From the NCBI RefSeq assembly GCF_052425735.1, contig NC_135761.1, positions 62,806,001-62,870,000 of the forward strand: a stretch of 64,000 nucleotides of DNA, written 5' to 3'. Position 1 is the stretch's first letter. Every line of letters begins with the position of its first letter. A model generated the notes under the pieces. The model was not told the DNA's origin, did no database searches, and saw nothing but the letters and a program-made list of their open reading frames with translations. The position numbers and the translations under genes are program-made. Origin of the DNA: Oculina patagonica. Lineage: Eukaryota. Positions 24,693 through 36,462 of the stretch are shown here, in pieces.

Positions 24693-27600
24693 TATTTTTT
24701 CAGTCAGACAAAGGAACATTAATATATAACTCTCTAGAGAAGATCACATGATCTGAAATGGCGGCTACTGAGGTCTATTATGTTATAACAATCAACGCAC
24801 CCTAAATTACCTTCTCAGAAACCTTTCAAATGCAAAAGCTTACTTTTTTGGCGGTCAGTTTAGTAACGCTTGGTTAGTCGTTAAATAACTGCAGAAAGAA
24901 AAAGTAGTGAATCAAGAATAGAATCCCGGATATGTAATCGAAGTTTGTTTCTAACCAAACTGCAAAATATAAACCGTAAACAGAGCACAACAGGCATTCA
25001 GGTTATTAATCCTTGGATTTTGAAATACCAAGTTATATATTTATAAGTTAAGATAATTAAAGTGATTCCAGTCTCTCCTTTAGTTTGGATAAAGAAAGCT
25101 TCAGTAAAATTTTAATCAGTTGCACACTGAAGCAGTGAATGAATAAGTTTGGGACAATTTGCAGCTTACTGGATTGATACCACGGCAAGTCACAGTACAG
25201 ACTTATCAAATTTTTACAACTATCTAAGCTCGAACTTTTCATACTGATTAATAGCCGTAGATGAATAGAATTTCAATATGCTGGTCACCGATATTTCGGC
25301 GGGAATTTGCGTTAATGAGGGAGCGAGATCTTTTATTTCCGCTTATATCACGCTATATATTGTAGAACAGCCTGCGTGCGGAGTACAGGCGTTTCCTTTC
25401 TGTTCCTACACAGGATAGATATATAAATAGGGCCATTTTCGCAGGTCTTCTTAAACACCACGACTGCGTAATCCTCACAAAAGTTGTACAAACGCAGATA
25501 CAAATAAGTATAGAGGCGCTTTATGCAACCCCGCACAAGAATGATAACGCTATTCAAATTGCCGGAATCGTAAATAAAATCGTTTGGTTTATTCTACTCT
25601 CTATCGACCAAGCTTTACTCATTAATAATTATGTTATAACAACTACGAAGAAACAATTAACCCTGCAACAGCTTACTGTTTGTTCGGTCAAATAAGTAAT
25701 GCTTGATCGACAGATCGAGAGGAAATGAATCAATGATTTTTGAATTCGCCCATTTAATTTAAACAGCTTCGTTAGCTGCGTCTGAACACTTTCTTGAAGA
25801 TTAAGCGGTTTATTCTGTTCAAACTTGACTTAATTTGAGAACTAGGTAACTGTCCTGTGTCCTGTCTACATGTTTACACACTAAACACTCTGGGATGACA
25901 AACGCCAAAAGGGGCAAATAAGATACCCTATTTAGGACTGAGAACCTCAAAACCCATAAACTACAACGCGGCACATTCAACCCAAAATTCTTTTATAGCC
26001 CACATATTGGAGTACCCACTCACCTCCCTCCCCCCCTCCCCCCCCCCCCCCTCCCGGGAGTTTCAAGAGTCAAACCAAACCTTTTGGAGAGTGGTTCGTT
26101 GTTACTTATTATAACATAGGTTGCTTTACATGACATTTTTAATTTTTTTTTTAATTTTTAGATTCTATACGATATTGTAAAAAAAAAGCAAGACTACGGT
26201 TTGGTGCGATACAAAATCCTGGTCAATTATTTTTGGCGGGAATTTACGTTACTGAGTGGGAACATGTTAATTTAAAAAAATAGCGAGATGGTAAAATCAT
26301 CGGAACTACTCTTTTAATTTCCGTTTTATCACGCTTTCTATTCCAGGCTCCTCTTCTCCTTTCACATTTTCCTATGCCGAATAAAAACTGCGCAGGCCAG
26401 TTCCTGAGTTCGTACTTGTCTCGCGCTCTTCTTATACTCATCGCATAATTACGAGCATAATTAAATAGATTTGCGGTTGCATTACTCATGAAAAATTATT
26501 GCATTGACTGCTCGCAATATAGAAAGCGACCCACAAATTCTAAACCACATAAGACATATAAATAAAGAGAGAAATTAAGTCTTACAGTACATGTGCACTT
26601 ACCAAAATTTGTATGGAAAGTTTTTAGGGAGCCGGTGATCCTTCAGTGATCCGCACCGAACGTGTTCACACCGATGCAAATAGCTGCAGAGACGTTTTTC
26701 TACAAACTCGAAGCCTGAAGAAAAAAATATTGTTCAAATTGGGATACAAATTAAAATCGTTTGGTTTATATACTCTCTTTCGACGACGGAAGCGTTACAC
26801 CACTGAATGCCCAACTTGATAAGCTCTTGAAAAGACATTATAACATAATTAAGAAATAAATAACCCTCCAAGAGCTTACGCACTTTTTTTGGCGGTCGGC
26901 TTAGTAACGCCTGGTTAGTCACTCAATGCTTGATTGGTTTTGAAAAACGCAAGCGAAAAAAAAGTGAATTATGAACGGAAGTCAAAGTTTTAGCTAGGTT
27001 TATCTCTAAGCGAAATGCTAAATGTAAACCGAAAATTAAAACTAAGCATAACAGGTAGTCGGGCTATTGGTCTAATGATGTATAAAACACAAGACAGTTT
27101 ATAAGTCAAGATCATTAATTAAAATTGGTTCCAGTCCTAATTAGCTTTGCGTACATGTAAAGAAAGCTTCTACGCTATACGTCGCTCAGTAAAATTATAA
27201 TGCTACCTGGTCAAAGCAGTAAATCATCAAGTTAAGATAAGTTGAGGACAATTTGCAGCTTCCTGGATTTAAATTACGGTAAGTCACAGTATAAATCTCA
27301 TCAAACTTTTAAAACTATCGGAAACTCGAACTTTTTAACGATATATTTAACAACAACATGAATATTTTAAGATGATGGTCACCGTTATTTTGGCGGGAAT
27401 TTGCGTCAATGAAGGAGTTAATGCTAAATATATAGCGAGGTCTTTTATTTCCAATTATTTCACGCTTTATATTGTAGACCAGCCTGCGCGCAGAGTTGAG
27501 ACGTTTCCTTTTCCTTCACAGAATGGAAATAGGGCCCTTTGTGAAGGTCTATTAAATTTCCCGTGACCGTGCGATCCTTACAAAAGTTGTACAAACGCAG

Positions 27601-28314
27601 ATGCAAATAAGTACTATAAAGTGCATGTGTTCATTTTGGAGGAGCGAAATAAGAGAATGATTTACCTTTTGGAAAAAAAATATTTTTTTTTTATGCAAAT
27701 ATCTTTTACTGCTTGGCTCCTTCAACATGGCTGCCATGATAACATTCTAAGGCGCTTTTCTGCAACCCCCGCAAGAGTGATAAAGCTCTTCAATGTAGTA
27801 ATAATGTGAGTACCAATTAAAATCGTATGGGTTGATTCTACTCGCTGTCGACCAAGCTTTACTTATTCAAAATTATGTAAAAACAACCACGCAGAAACAG
27901 ATGACTTTACAAGGGTTGATACTGTTTTGGCGGTCAGATTAGCAACGCTTGATTGACAGAGTGGCTAAACAAAATGAGTTTAATTTGTATTCACACACTT
28001 TGAACGCCTTTGTTGGCTGCGTCTGAAAACCTTCTCTAAGCTAGATTAACTGATTGCCACGATTCAAATTTTTAAGAACCAGGTAAGTCTCTTATAAGAC
28101 TATATGATGTCACTTCTCTTTTTATTCGTATATTAGAAATTTGAGAGTGATTTTGCTTTTTAAACAATACATGCAGATTGAATTGGTGAACTTGTATATT
28201 GAAATTCGGTTTAATCGTTTTCAATGACACTTGAACCGAATCGTTGCATTTCTACACACATCTTTAGCTGTTTATACTTTCCTATTAAATTTAAGTTTCC
28301 TATCATTGTGAGCA

Positions 28315-28445
28315 TGTGGTGTATTTAATACAGAAAACAGTGTGTAAACTCCGAGTTACAACACACACATGGCAAGAACTCAACTAACTCGATCGTACAC
28401 GGCCTTCTTGTCACGTGACGACTCTACTAGTCCCAGGACTCCACA
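28315..28445 (-). repeat. 3' LTR
   Basis: 131 bp, identical to 32579-32709, adjacent to the PPT. Confidence 0.95.
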
Positions 28446-28556
28446 TTCCTCCCCCCCAAGTTCTTAAACAAGCAAGAAAACAAATGTCAACGAGAAAAAA
28501 AAATAACGCCTCTGCCCTAAAACTTAAAACTGTTCACGGGGGAGGGAATGAGTCCA

Positions 28557-31500
28557 TTAGTAAAAACGCTGCGGGGGGTTTCTATTCCTCGCTGGGTATC
28601 GCCTGACAGGGTTAGTTGGCCCCGAGTCCCGAACCATTGTTGCACTGGGTGGTTCTCTGTCTCCATGGGCAACCTCGGGGTCATTTACATCAGGTACGGT
28701 TATCTCTGGATCCACACCTTCCTGCTGCAATGGGCTAGTAATTAGTAATGTGACACCAGGGTTGAAACTTTCTGTGGGTCGAGCAACTAGTTGATCGTGG
28801 TGTCTTCGAACCACAGTTCCATCTTCCAACTCAATTCTCGCAGACAAAGGATCAGTTTCCTGGATGATAGTTCCTGGAATCCACTTGGGGCCTCTGGAGT
28901 AGTTTCGAACATTCACTGAATCGCCGACTTCCACTTGACGCATTCGGCTATGCTGATCATGCTGTATCTTCTGTCTTGACTGTGCTGCATGTACCCTTGC
29001 CGCTACATCTGGTCGCAGCAGATCGAGATGTGACCTCAGACTTCGTCCCCAGCGTAACTGAGCAGGAGACTCACCCGTGGTGCTTTGGGGGTAATACGAT
29101 AACTTAATAGGAACCGAGCTAACTTGGTCTCGACAGTACCATCACCTTGCTTCTTCATCCCTTGCTTAAACGTCTGCACCGCTCGTTCTACGAGGCCATT
29201 TGATGATGGGTGATAAGGAGCAGAGGTAATGTGCTTGATGCCATTTTTCTGTAGAAATGACTTGAACTCGCTGCTAACAAAATTGGACCCATTGTCTGAC
29301 ACTACAATCTCTGGTAGGCCGTGTGAAGCGAAGGTTGTCCTCAGCTTTTCAATGGTTGCGCTGGAAGTGGCAGAATTCACACAATGGATATCCATCCATT
29401 TAGAATGCGCATCAATAATTAGGAGAAACATCTTGCCCATAAAAGGACCGGCATAATCTACATGTACTCGAGACCAAGGGCGGCCTGGCCATTCCCAAGG
29501 GTGCAACGGTGAACTGGGTGGCTTCTTTTGGTGGCTTTGGCAGGTAACACAGCTTTTCACCTTTTCCTCCAAACGTGAGTCCATTTTCGGCCACCACACA
29601 TAGCTCCTAGCTAGGCTTTTCATTCTAACAATACCGGGGTGGGACTCATGAAGTATGTTCAACACTTCCTCTCTCCCCTGTGGGGGTATCACGACCCGGG
29701 ATCCCCAAAGTAGGCAGCCAGCATGTACACTCAATTCCTCTCTTCTAGCAAAATAAGGCTTCAGGGCTTCTTCTTCGACTGCCATGGGCCATCCGTGAAG
29801 GACGAACTGCAGAACTTGAGAAAGTACTGGATCACGGGCTGTCCACAACTTCACTTTAGTGGCATCCACTGGGCTGGTGTTGATGGTCTCTAGAAGGTGC
29901 ATAATGTCCCCTGGGGTGGGCGTGGTCTCTGGAGCAACTGGAAGGGGTAGACGACTGAGGGCGTCTGCGTTTCCATTCTCTTCACCAGGGCGATAAATAA
30001 GCTCATACTCATACGCAAGCAAAGTCAATGCCCATCGCTGCATCCTACTTGAGGCCATTAGAGGTGTGGCTCGTTCAGGGTTAAGCAGCCCCAAAAGTGG
30101 TTTGTGATCTGTGTAGACCTTGAAATGACGTCCAAAAAGAAATTGATGGAACTTCTTCACGGCAAAAACTACAGCTAGTGCCTCTTTATCTAGGTGGCCA
30201 TAGTTCCTCTCTGCTGTGGAGAGTGTTCGTGAGGCATATGCAACTGGTTTCTCTGAGCCATCTTTCATAACATGGGCCAGCACTGCCCCAATACCATAGG
30301 GTGAAGCATCACAAGATACCACCAACTCTTTCTCAGGATCATAATGTACGAGTACATCTGATGATTGAAGTCGATTCTTGGCCTTATCAAACGCCTCTTG
30401 TTGCTCTGTACCCCATTTCCAACAGATATCTTTCCTCAGAAGCTCGTGCAGTGGCTCCAGGGTGGACGATAGGTCGGGCATGAACTTGCCATAGAAGTTA
30501 AGCATCCCTAGAAAGGACTTCAGCTCAGAGGGATTGGTTGGGGTTGGAGCCTCCTTGATGGCCTTCACCTTTGCTTCAACTGGATGGAACCCTTCTGCGT
30601 CAATGCGGTGCCCCAGGCACTCCAAAACGGGCTTCATAAATTGGCACTTTTCAGCTTTGAGCCGCAAGCCGGCATCAGAAAGGCGTCCCAAAACTTTCTC
30701 GATGTTGTCTAGGTGCTCTTCCGTGCTGGGCCCTGTGATGAGGATATTATCTAGCAAGACTCCTGTCGAAGGTATTCCTTGCAGCAAACCCTCCATGGTT
30801 CTCTGGAAGATGCCGGGCGCTGAAGAGACCCCATACGGAAGGCGGTTATATCTAAAAAGGCCTTTATGGGTGTTAATTGTCAAAAACTCCCTTGAGTTCT
30901 CATCCACAAGCATCTGCTCATAAGCATGGCTCAAGTCTAACTCAGTAAACGTTTGACCCCCAGCCAACTTTGTGTATAGATCATCGAGCTTGGGGATAGG
31001 GTAGCCATCCAATTTCGAGACCTTATTGACGGTAAGCTTGTAATCTCCACAGACTCTTACTGTGCCATCACTTTTCATAACTGGGACAATGGGTGTGGCC
31101 CACTCGGAATATTGAACGGGTTCAATGGTTCCTGCCTTCTCAAGTCTTTCCAGGTCCTGCTCAATTTTCTCCCTGAGAGCATATGGCACTGGTCTGGCTT
31201 TATGGAAAATGGGGGTGGCTGTGGGGTCTACATGGATCTTGGCCTTTGTCCCCTGTAGGGTCCCCAGACCCTCCCCAAATAGCTGTGCATGTTTCTGCAA
31301 AATCTCTCCAAGTCGCTTGTCATGAGAAGTAAGTTGCTTAATCCTTGGCCAATTTAGCTTAATTTCTTCCAGCCAATTCCTCCCCAACAGAGCTGGGCCT
31401 TCTCCACTTACAACTAACAATGGCAAGGAGTATTCGCCCCCTTCATAATGTACATCAACTGTACACACCCCTTCGGGCTTGACCTCTTCCCCAGTGTATG

Positions 31501-32506
31501 TACGAAGGACAATTCCTGATTTCTCCAGTGGCGGTGCCCCGTTTTGTGAGACAAGGTGTTTGTAGGTGCCTTCACTTATCACTGACAATGAAGCCCCTGT
31601 GTCAACTTCCATTTCTAGTGCTTGCCCACCAACACTCAGCTGTACTTTGTATGGCAAAGGTCGTTTACCGCCAAGGGTAAACAAAGAATATGCACCCACA
31701 CCCTGTTCTCTCCCCATTGCCTCCTCTCCCCCCTCTAGGAGATGGGTATCCTGTGGGGTGTCTGACTTCTTATTAGTACTAGGAGGTGGTAGTTTCCCTT
31801 TCTTTTTGTTCTGGCACACTCGAGATAGGTGACCCAACTTTCCACAAGCATAACATTTCGCATCCTTAAAATGACAGCTTTTGGGGTAGTGATTACCGCC
31901 ACAGCGATAACAATTAACTTCGCCACCCTTTTCCACTTTAAAATCGACTTTGTTGAGCGAAGTATCCCCTTCCTGAGGTTCCCCCTTTTGTATCTCCGAG
32001 GCATCCTTATCCGCGGCCTCAATGGCGAGAGCCAGATCGAGCGCTCGCTTCAGGGTTAATTTCGGTTCGGCTAGTAAACGACGCTGTATTCTGGTGTCGT
32101 GAACACCACACACAAGCCGATCACGTAGCATTTCATCTAATGTTGCCCCAAATTCACAGTGTTCGGTCAGGTGCCTCAACTCAGCTAAAAACATGGCAAT
32201 TGTCTCACCTGGTTGTTGAGTGCGAGTGTTAAACTTGAATCGTTGTACAATAGCGGAAGGCTTTGGCATGAAATGTTCCTGGGCGAGTTTCGCTAAATCC
32301 TCATAGGTTTTGGTCTTCGGGTCCTCCGGAGCGACAAGACTTCGTATAAGCTTGTAGGTTTTTGCTCCCACGCTCACCAGGAAAATGGATCTTTTTTTGT
32401 CCGGATCGGTTATCTCGTTTGCTTCAAAAAAGTGATTTACACGCTCAGTGTAATGGCGCCAATCTTCCGTTTCGTTGTATTCGTCTAATTTCCCAAATGT
32501 AGGCAT
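28557..32506 (-). CDS. Gag-Pol polyprotein (Gag, 2 CCHC knuckles, protease, RT, RNase H, integrase), frameshifted near 29089
   Basis: ORF 32506-29036 contains CYRCGGNH and CYACGKLGH knuckles, VDTGAS protease, RT LDLSHAY...LPYG...LLDN, RNase H CDAS/KEALA/TDHKPL/ADALSR, and integrase HHCC plus DYAGP/SDNG/NGLVE. The C-terminus (…TTGESPAQL…LDLLRP…KWIPGTI…RRHHDQL) continues in another frame to 28557. Confidence 0.93.
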
Positions 32507-32578
32507 TTTCCGTGTAGACTTCGCTTCACTCTAGTCTACCTGGTCGTGGTATTCGATCACGTTCCTCGTCGCCAAAAA

Positions 32579-32709
32579 TGTGGTGTATTTAATACAGAAA
32601 ACAGTGTGTAAACTCCGAGTTACAACACACACATGGCAAGAACTCAACTAACTCGATCGTACACGGCCTTCTTGTCACGTGACGACTCTACTAGTCCCAG
32701 GACTCCACA
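32579..32709 (-). repeat. 5' LTR
   Basis: 131 bp, adjacent to the PBS. Confidence 0.95.
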
Positions 32710-34040
32710 GAGCAGTTAATAGAATTTAAATTACAATCAGTACTGTATATCCAATCGCTGTTACAGAGGCGAATCTGGCCCAAGCATAAGAAGAGACAGA
32801 TAGAACGAGAAAGACATTACAGATATTATTGAGGCCCTGTTGGGGGTGAGGTGGGGGTTTCGTATGCACTCCGTTTGATTATGAAACCTTAATTTTGATG
32901 TCTCAATTTCGCAACGTTTTCATGTCGCTGTCAAAAAATTCGGAAATCAGGTTTATCTCGGTGCCGTGCTCAATGACATAAATGCGTTTCAGTCGCGGAA
33001 ATTTCCCCTCTGTAATAACATGAGATTATCCACGAAATTCAGTAGCCTTTAAAAGCACAGGATGCAAGTTTACACAGGTTGAAACTGTGTGCAGCCTATG
33101 AGGTTGTTGCCTTTAAAGCTCGACACAAGCTCACTTAGACATAAAGGAACTAAAATGAAGAAGAACCATAAAAAAAATGACGTGAATTATAACAGCGAAT
33201 AGATAAAAGCAAAGTGGACAGCGAATTTGGCGATTTTTAGACATGAAAATGAGTGATTGGTATTGTCAGTTATGCTAAAAAAGCAAAGAAAATCAGAAAA
33301 ATTAGGCGGGGAAAAGAAAACTAAGCTTTTGTTCTGAGAAGTTGGCCTGTATTAATAATTTCTTTTTTATATTTATGAATAAATGTCGGTTACGCTTAAG
33401 CGTTGACTTCCTATAATTAAAACGATTTTGGATGGCCTGTCCTTAACTGCGAGCATTTGATAGTCATAAGTGCTCCATGCCAGCGATTGGAAATTGCAAG
33501 GCTTAAAACACTTTGTTACCTTGAAACTGTTTTCCGAACAGTGTACAGCTTTAAAAGTATTGCCATGCATCACAATCCTTCAAAGGAACCAGTCGATCAA
33601 GGAAGACGAATCACCCGCTCGAGGAGTTCTTCAGTCATTAATCAAACCAATTACTGCGGCTGGTTTTCACTGTCACCATCCACCAAAAGATATATCAAAA
33701 CCAAATCGCTGGACCGGCATTTTGGGAATTCGTAGTTAAGTCGTTTGGTCTTAACTCGCTCTAAGGGAACGCTGAAGTGTGACATTTATTCATAAATAGA
33801 AAAAGAATATATTAATACTCGCATTCTTCATTCTGCAAATAAACGATTCGCCGGCCATGGCTGCGTTAAATCATTTCCAAATTCGCTGTCACAGATATAA
33901 AGTACATGTAGTATATGCGAGTATATGTACATATTTGTGGCATAATATAAGTTTGGAAAGTAAGCAAAATTCAAAAGACAGCGCTATAGAGTCTTTCATG
34001 TCATGACGCAAAGTACGTAACTTTTGCTGAAGCTTAGTGG

Positions 34041-34670
34041 TACAGCAGACCTCCCGCCCGGTAACTCAAACTCTGAAGGGAAAAGCAAACAGTTCGAGTT
34101 AGCGAGGTTCGAATTATCGGGGTCGATGAATATTCAATTTGCCATGTTTAGTTTACTGATTTTCCAGCACTTCAGTGTACAGTGCAAACTCATCTTATCT
34201 CGTCAGAAACTGTGGTCCCCCGTTTTATGTGTCAATAAGTCTTTGACAAATGGGATATGCTTCATCTACTCATTGACTTATTTGACTCATGAAAACTTTA
34301 CTCCCTCACAAACTTTAAACAAACTTTAGCACGATTTTTCATTGTTATGATAATACAGTACCGTGCAGGTATGTGTGACTCATAAGGTCGGGAAATAACT
34401 ACAATAAAGTTGCCGTTGTTAGATTTAGTGTTTAATTCCGATTACACGACAAGAAGATGTAATGGGATATTTCAATGGGTATCCGTAGAGAGTTTCAAGA
34501 ACCAGACGTTGAGTTATCGGGGTGAATTTAAATCAAGGAAAACGAAATTAAGTTCGAGTTAGCGCGGAACTTTGAGTTATCCGAGTTCGAAGGGAGGGTC
34601 AAATCCAAGGGAATTAAGACTAAGTTCGAGTTAGCGGGGATGTTCGAGTTGTCGGCCGGGGTTCTACTGT
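34041..34670. mobile_element. Tigger/pogo-like MITE
   Basis: Ends TACAGCAGACCTCCCG...CGGGGTTCTACTGTA; repeated GTTCGAGTTA(G/T)CG motifs. Confidence 0.7.
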
Positions 34671-35199
34671 ATTTGTTGATTTTCTAAAAAGGTTCTGAAA
34701 AATGTTCTACTATACCTTGAAGCTGTTTGTTAATTCTCCAATAACGAATCCAACGGAACCAGAACTTTCACGATTGTTGCTAAGAAAGAAAACGCGAACA
34801 TTTTTTTCTTTCCGTTACGATTGACTATACTGCTCTTTTAAATGAAAAGTTTCACGGCTCGGCGCATGTGCTAGCAAGTATTTGATTATTAGCCCACTCC
34901 CATACACTTGAAATATCAATTAAAATAGTTTAGACTTGCCGTTCGAGATAATAAAGCACACAGTTGAGTTTTTGTTGTTTTGATCAATGACTGAAGAACT
35001 CCTCGGGCGATTCGTCTTCCTCGATCCACTGGTTCTTTTGAAGAATTGCGATGCATGGCAATACTTTTAAAGCTCTATTGTTCGGAAAACACGCAATTAG
35101 AATGATGAAGTTTGAAGGTTCCAACTTCTAAGTTTGTTTCAAGTTTTTGACTATAAAAAGCTGCGATAATATGTTGTTTAAAGCATTTTAAGAAAAACT

Positions 35200-35500
35200 T
35201 AGTTAAAAAACTTAGTAAAAACGACGACGTTTCAGCGTTTAACTAACGTCATTATGAGTGTTGATAAAAAATGCATAAATATTAAGTAAAACAATAGATC
35301 TATATATCACGCCAGGAAAAAGAATGTTTGAATGTTCTTTCAAACAAAGCGTTTCGCACGGATGGAGTCACTCTGGGTGTTTAAGCTCGAATTCTGTTCC
35401 TTGATGTACAACATCTCATAAATGAGACAATAGAATTTTCGTTGACACTTTCGTAGGACGTGGAATTGGCTATCTTTGATGAGACTTTTGTCCCCATGGG
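35200..35500 (-). mobile_element. Penelope-like element 3' fragment (GIY-YIG C-terminus plus degenerate hammerhead)
   Basis: ORF 35340-35660 ends HFLGAHG...FHVLRKCQRKFYCLIYEMLYIKEQNSSLNTQSDSIRAKRFV*, followed downstream by CATAATGACGTT-AGTT-AAACGCT-GAAACGTC. Confidence 0.75.
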
Positions 35501-35699
35501 CTCCTAGGAAGTGAATAGTGACTCGTAAAACGCTGCTGTCATCCACTTGCGTTTCACTTGCACCCGATGGAATGTTCTGGAAAAATATGTTAATGGTGGA
35601 ATTTATCATTGTTGTAGGATAGTAAAGTAGGGTAAAGATGGAGCTGGTATTGTAGTGCATTCTTGATTAAAAGCTTCAATTTTAGAGGATAGGGTATAT

Positions 35700-35858
35700 T
35701 AGCCTGCAAACAGGCTCCCGAGTGGGATTCCGCGAGCGAAGCGAGCGGAAGAGTGGAGCCCGAGGGGGGGTACGGGGGCGAGATTTTCCCCCCTCAGGCC
35801 CCGCTCTTCCGCTCGCTTCGCTCGCGGACACCCCACTCGGGAGCCTGTTCGCAGGCTA
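35700..35858. mobile_element. Palindromic MITE (TAGCCTGC...GCAGGCTA) with 9-bp TSD
   Basis: Whole element folds into a hairpin; flanked by AGGGTATAT at 35691-35699 and 35859-35867. Confidence 0.85.
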
Positions 35859-35996
35859 AGGGTATATGCACGGTAAATAATTGTTTTTAAGCAATGACTC
35901 TTTTTAGCGTTTATAGAGGATAGGCCATATGCACGGTGAATCATTGTTTTAGCAAGGACTCTTTGGAAATGTAGCAACAAGCCAGTGTTAGTCGCT

Positions 35997-36393
35997 TACC
36001 GTATTTATTTGATTAAGCTCCCAACCTCGAGTAAGCGCTCGCCTCGAAAAAGCGCCCACCCTGATGGTAGGAAAAGTTAATAAGCGCCCACCCCATCCCA
36101 CAAAAAAACTGAAGAGCACAAGAGAAGTATCGAATATTGAAGTTGGCTAAGTACTACTAAGAAGACTTCTTAGTATATTACAGAAACTTTTAATGAACAG
36201 TTAAAATTCTGGTTTGGTACATCTTTACGTTTTGTTATTATATATTGTTTTGTTCTGTTGTTACAAAAATAAACTTACTATTTGCTGTAATAAGCGCGCA
36301 GCCTCGAATAATCGCCCACCTCGAATGAGGGCCAACTCTGAAGGTCCAAAAATTTAACAAGCGCCCAGGGCGCTTAATCGAATAAATACGGTA
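35997..36393. mobile_element. Tigger-like MITE
   Basis: TIRs TACCGTATTTATT.GATTAAGC ... GCTTAATCGAATAAATACGGTA. Confidence 0.8.
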
Positions 36394-36462
36394 TGCATAA
36401 ACTTTGGTACAGTTAGCTATAGTTTGTCTCCAGCTATCATAACGTAACGTCTTACTTTTTAA

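Larger units (their letters stand above)
28315..32709 (-). mobile_element. Full-length Ty3/Gypsy LTR retrotransposon, Mag clade (K02A2.6-like)
   Basis: Identical 131-bp LTRs TG...CA at 28315-28445 and 32579-32709; 5-bp TSD GAGCA (28310-28314, 32710-32714); PBS TGGCGACGAGGA (tRNA-Ser(GCU)-type) at about 32563-32574; PPT GGGGGGGAGGAA at 28446-28457; single gag-pol ORF. Confidence 0.97.

Noticed and set aside
28537-28547. Inverted PPT-like GGGGAGGGAA in the element's 3' UTR
   Set aside because: Too short to distinguish from chance without comparing family copies.
29229-32059. Plus-strand ORFs inside the retrotransposon
   Set aside because: Short antisense shadows of gag-pol with no recognisable motifs.
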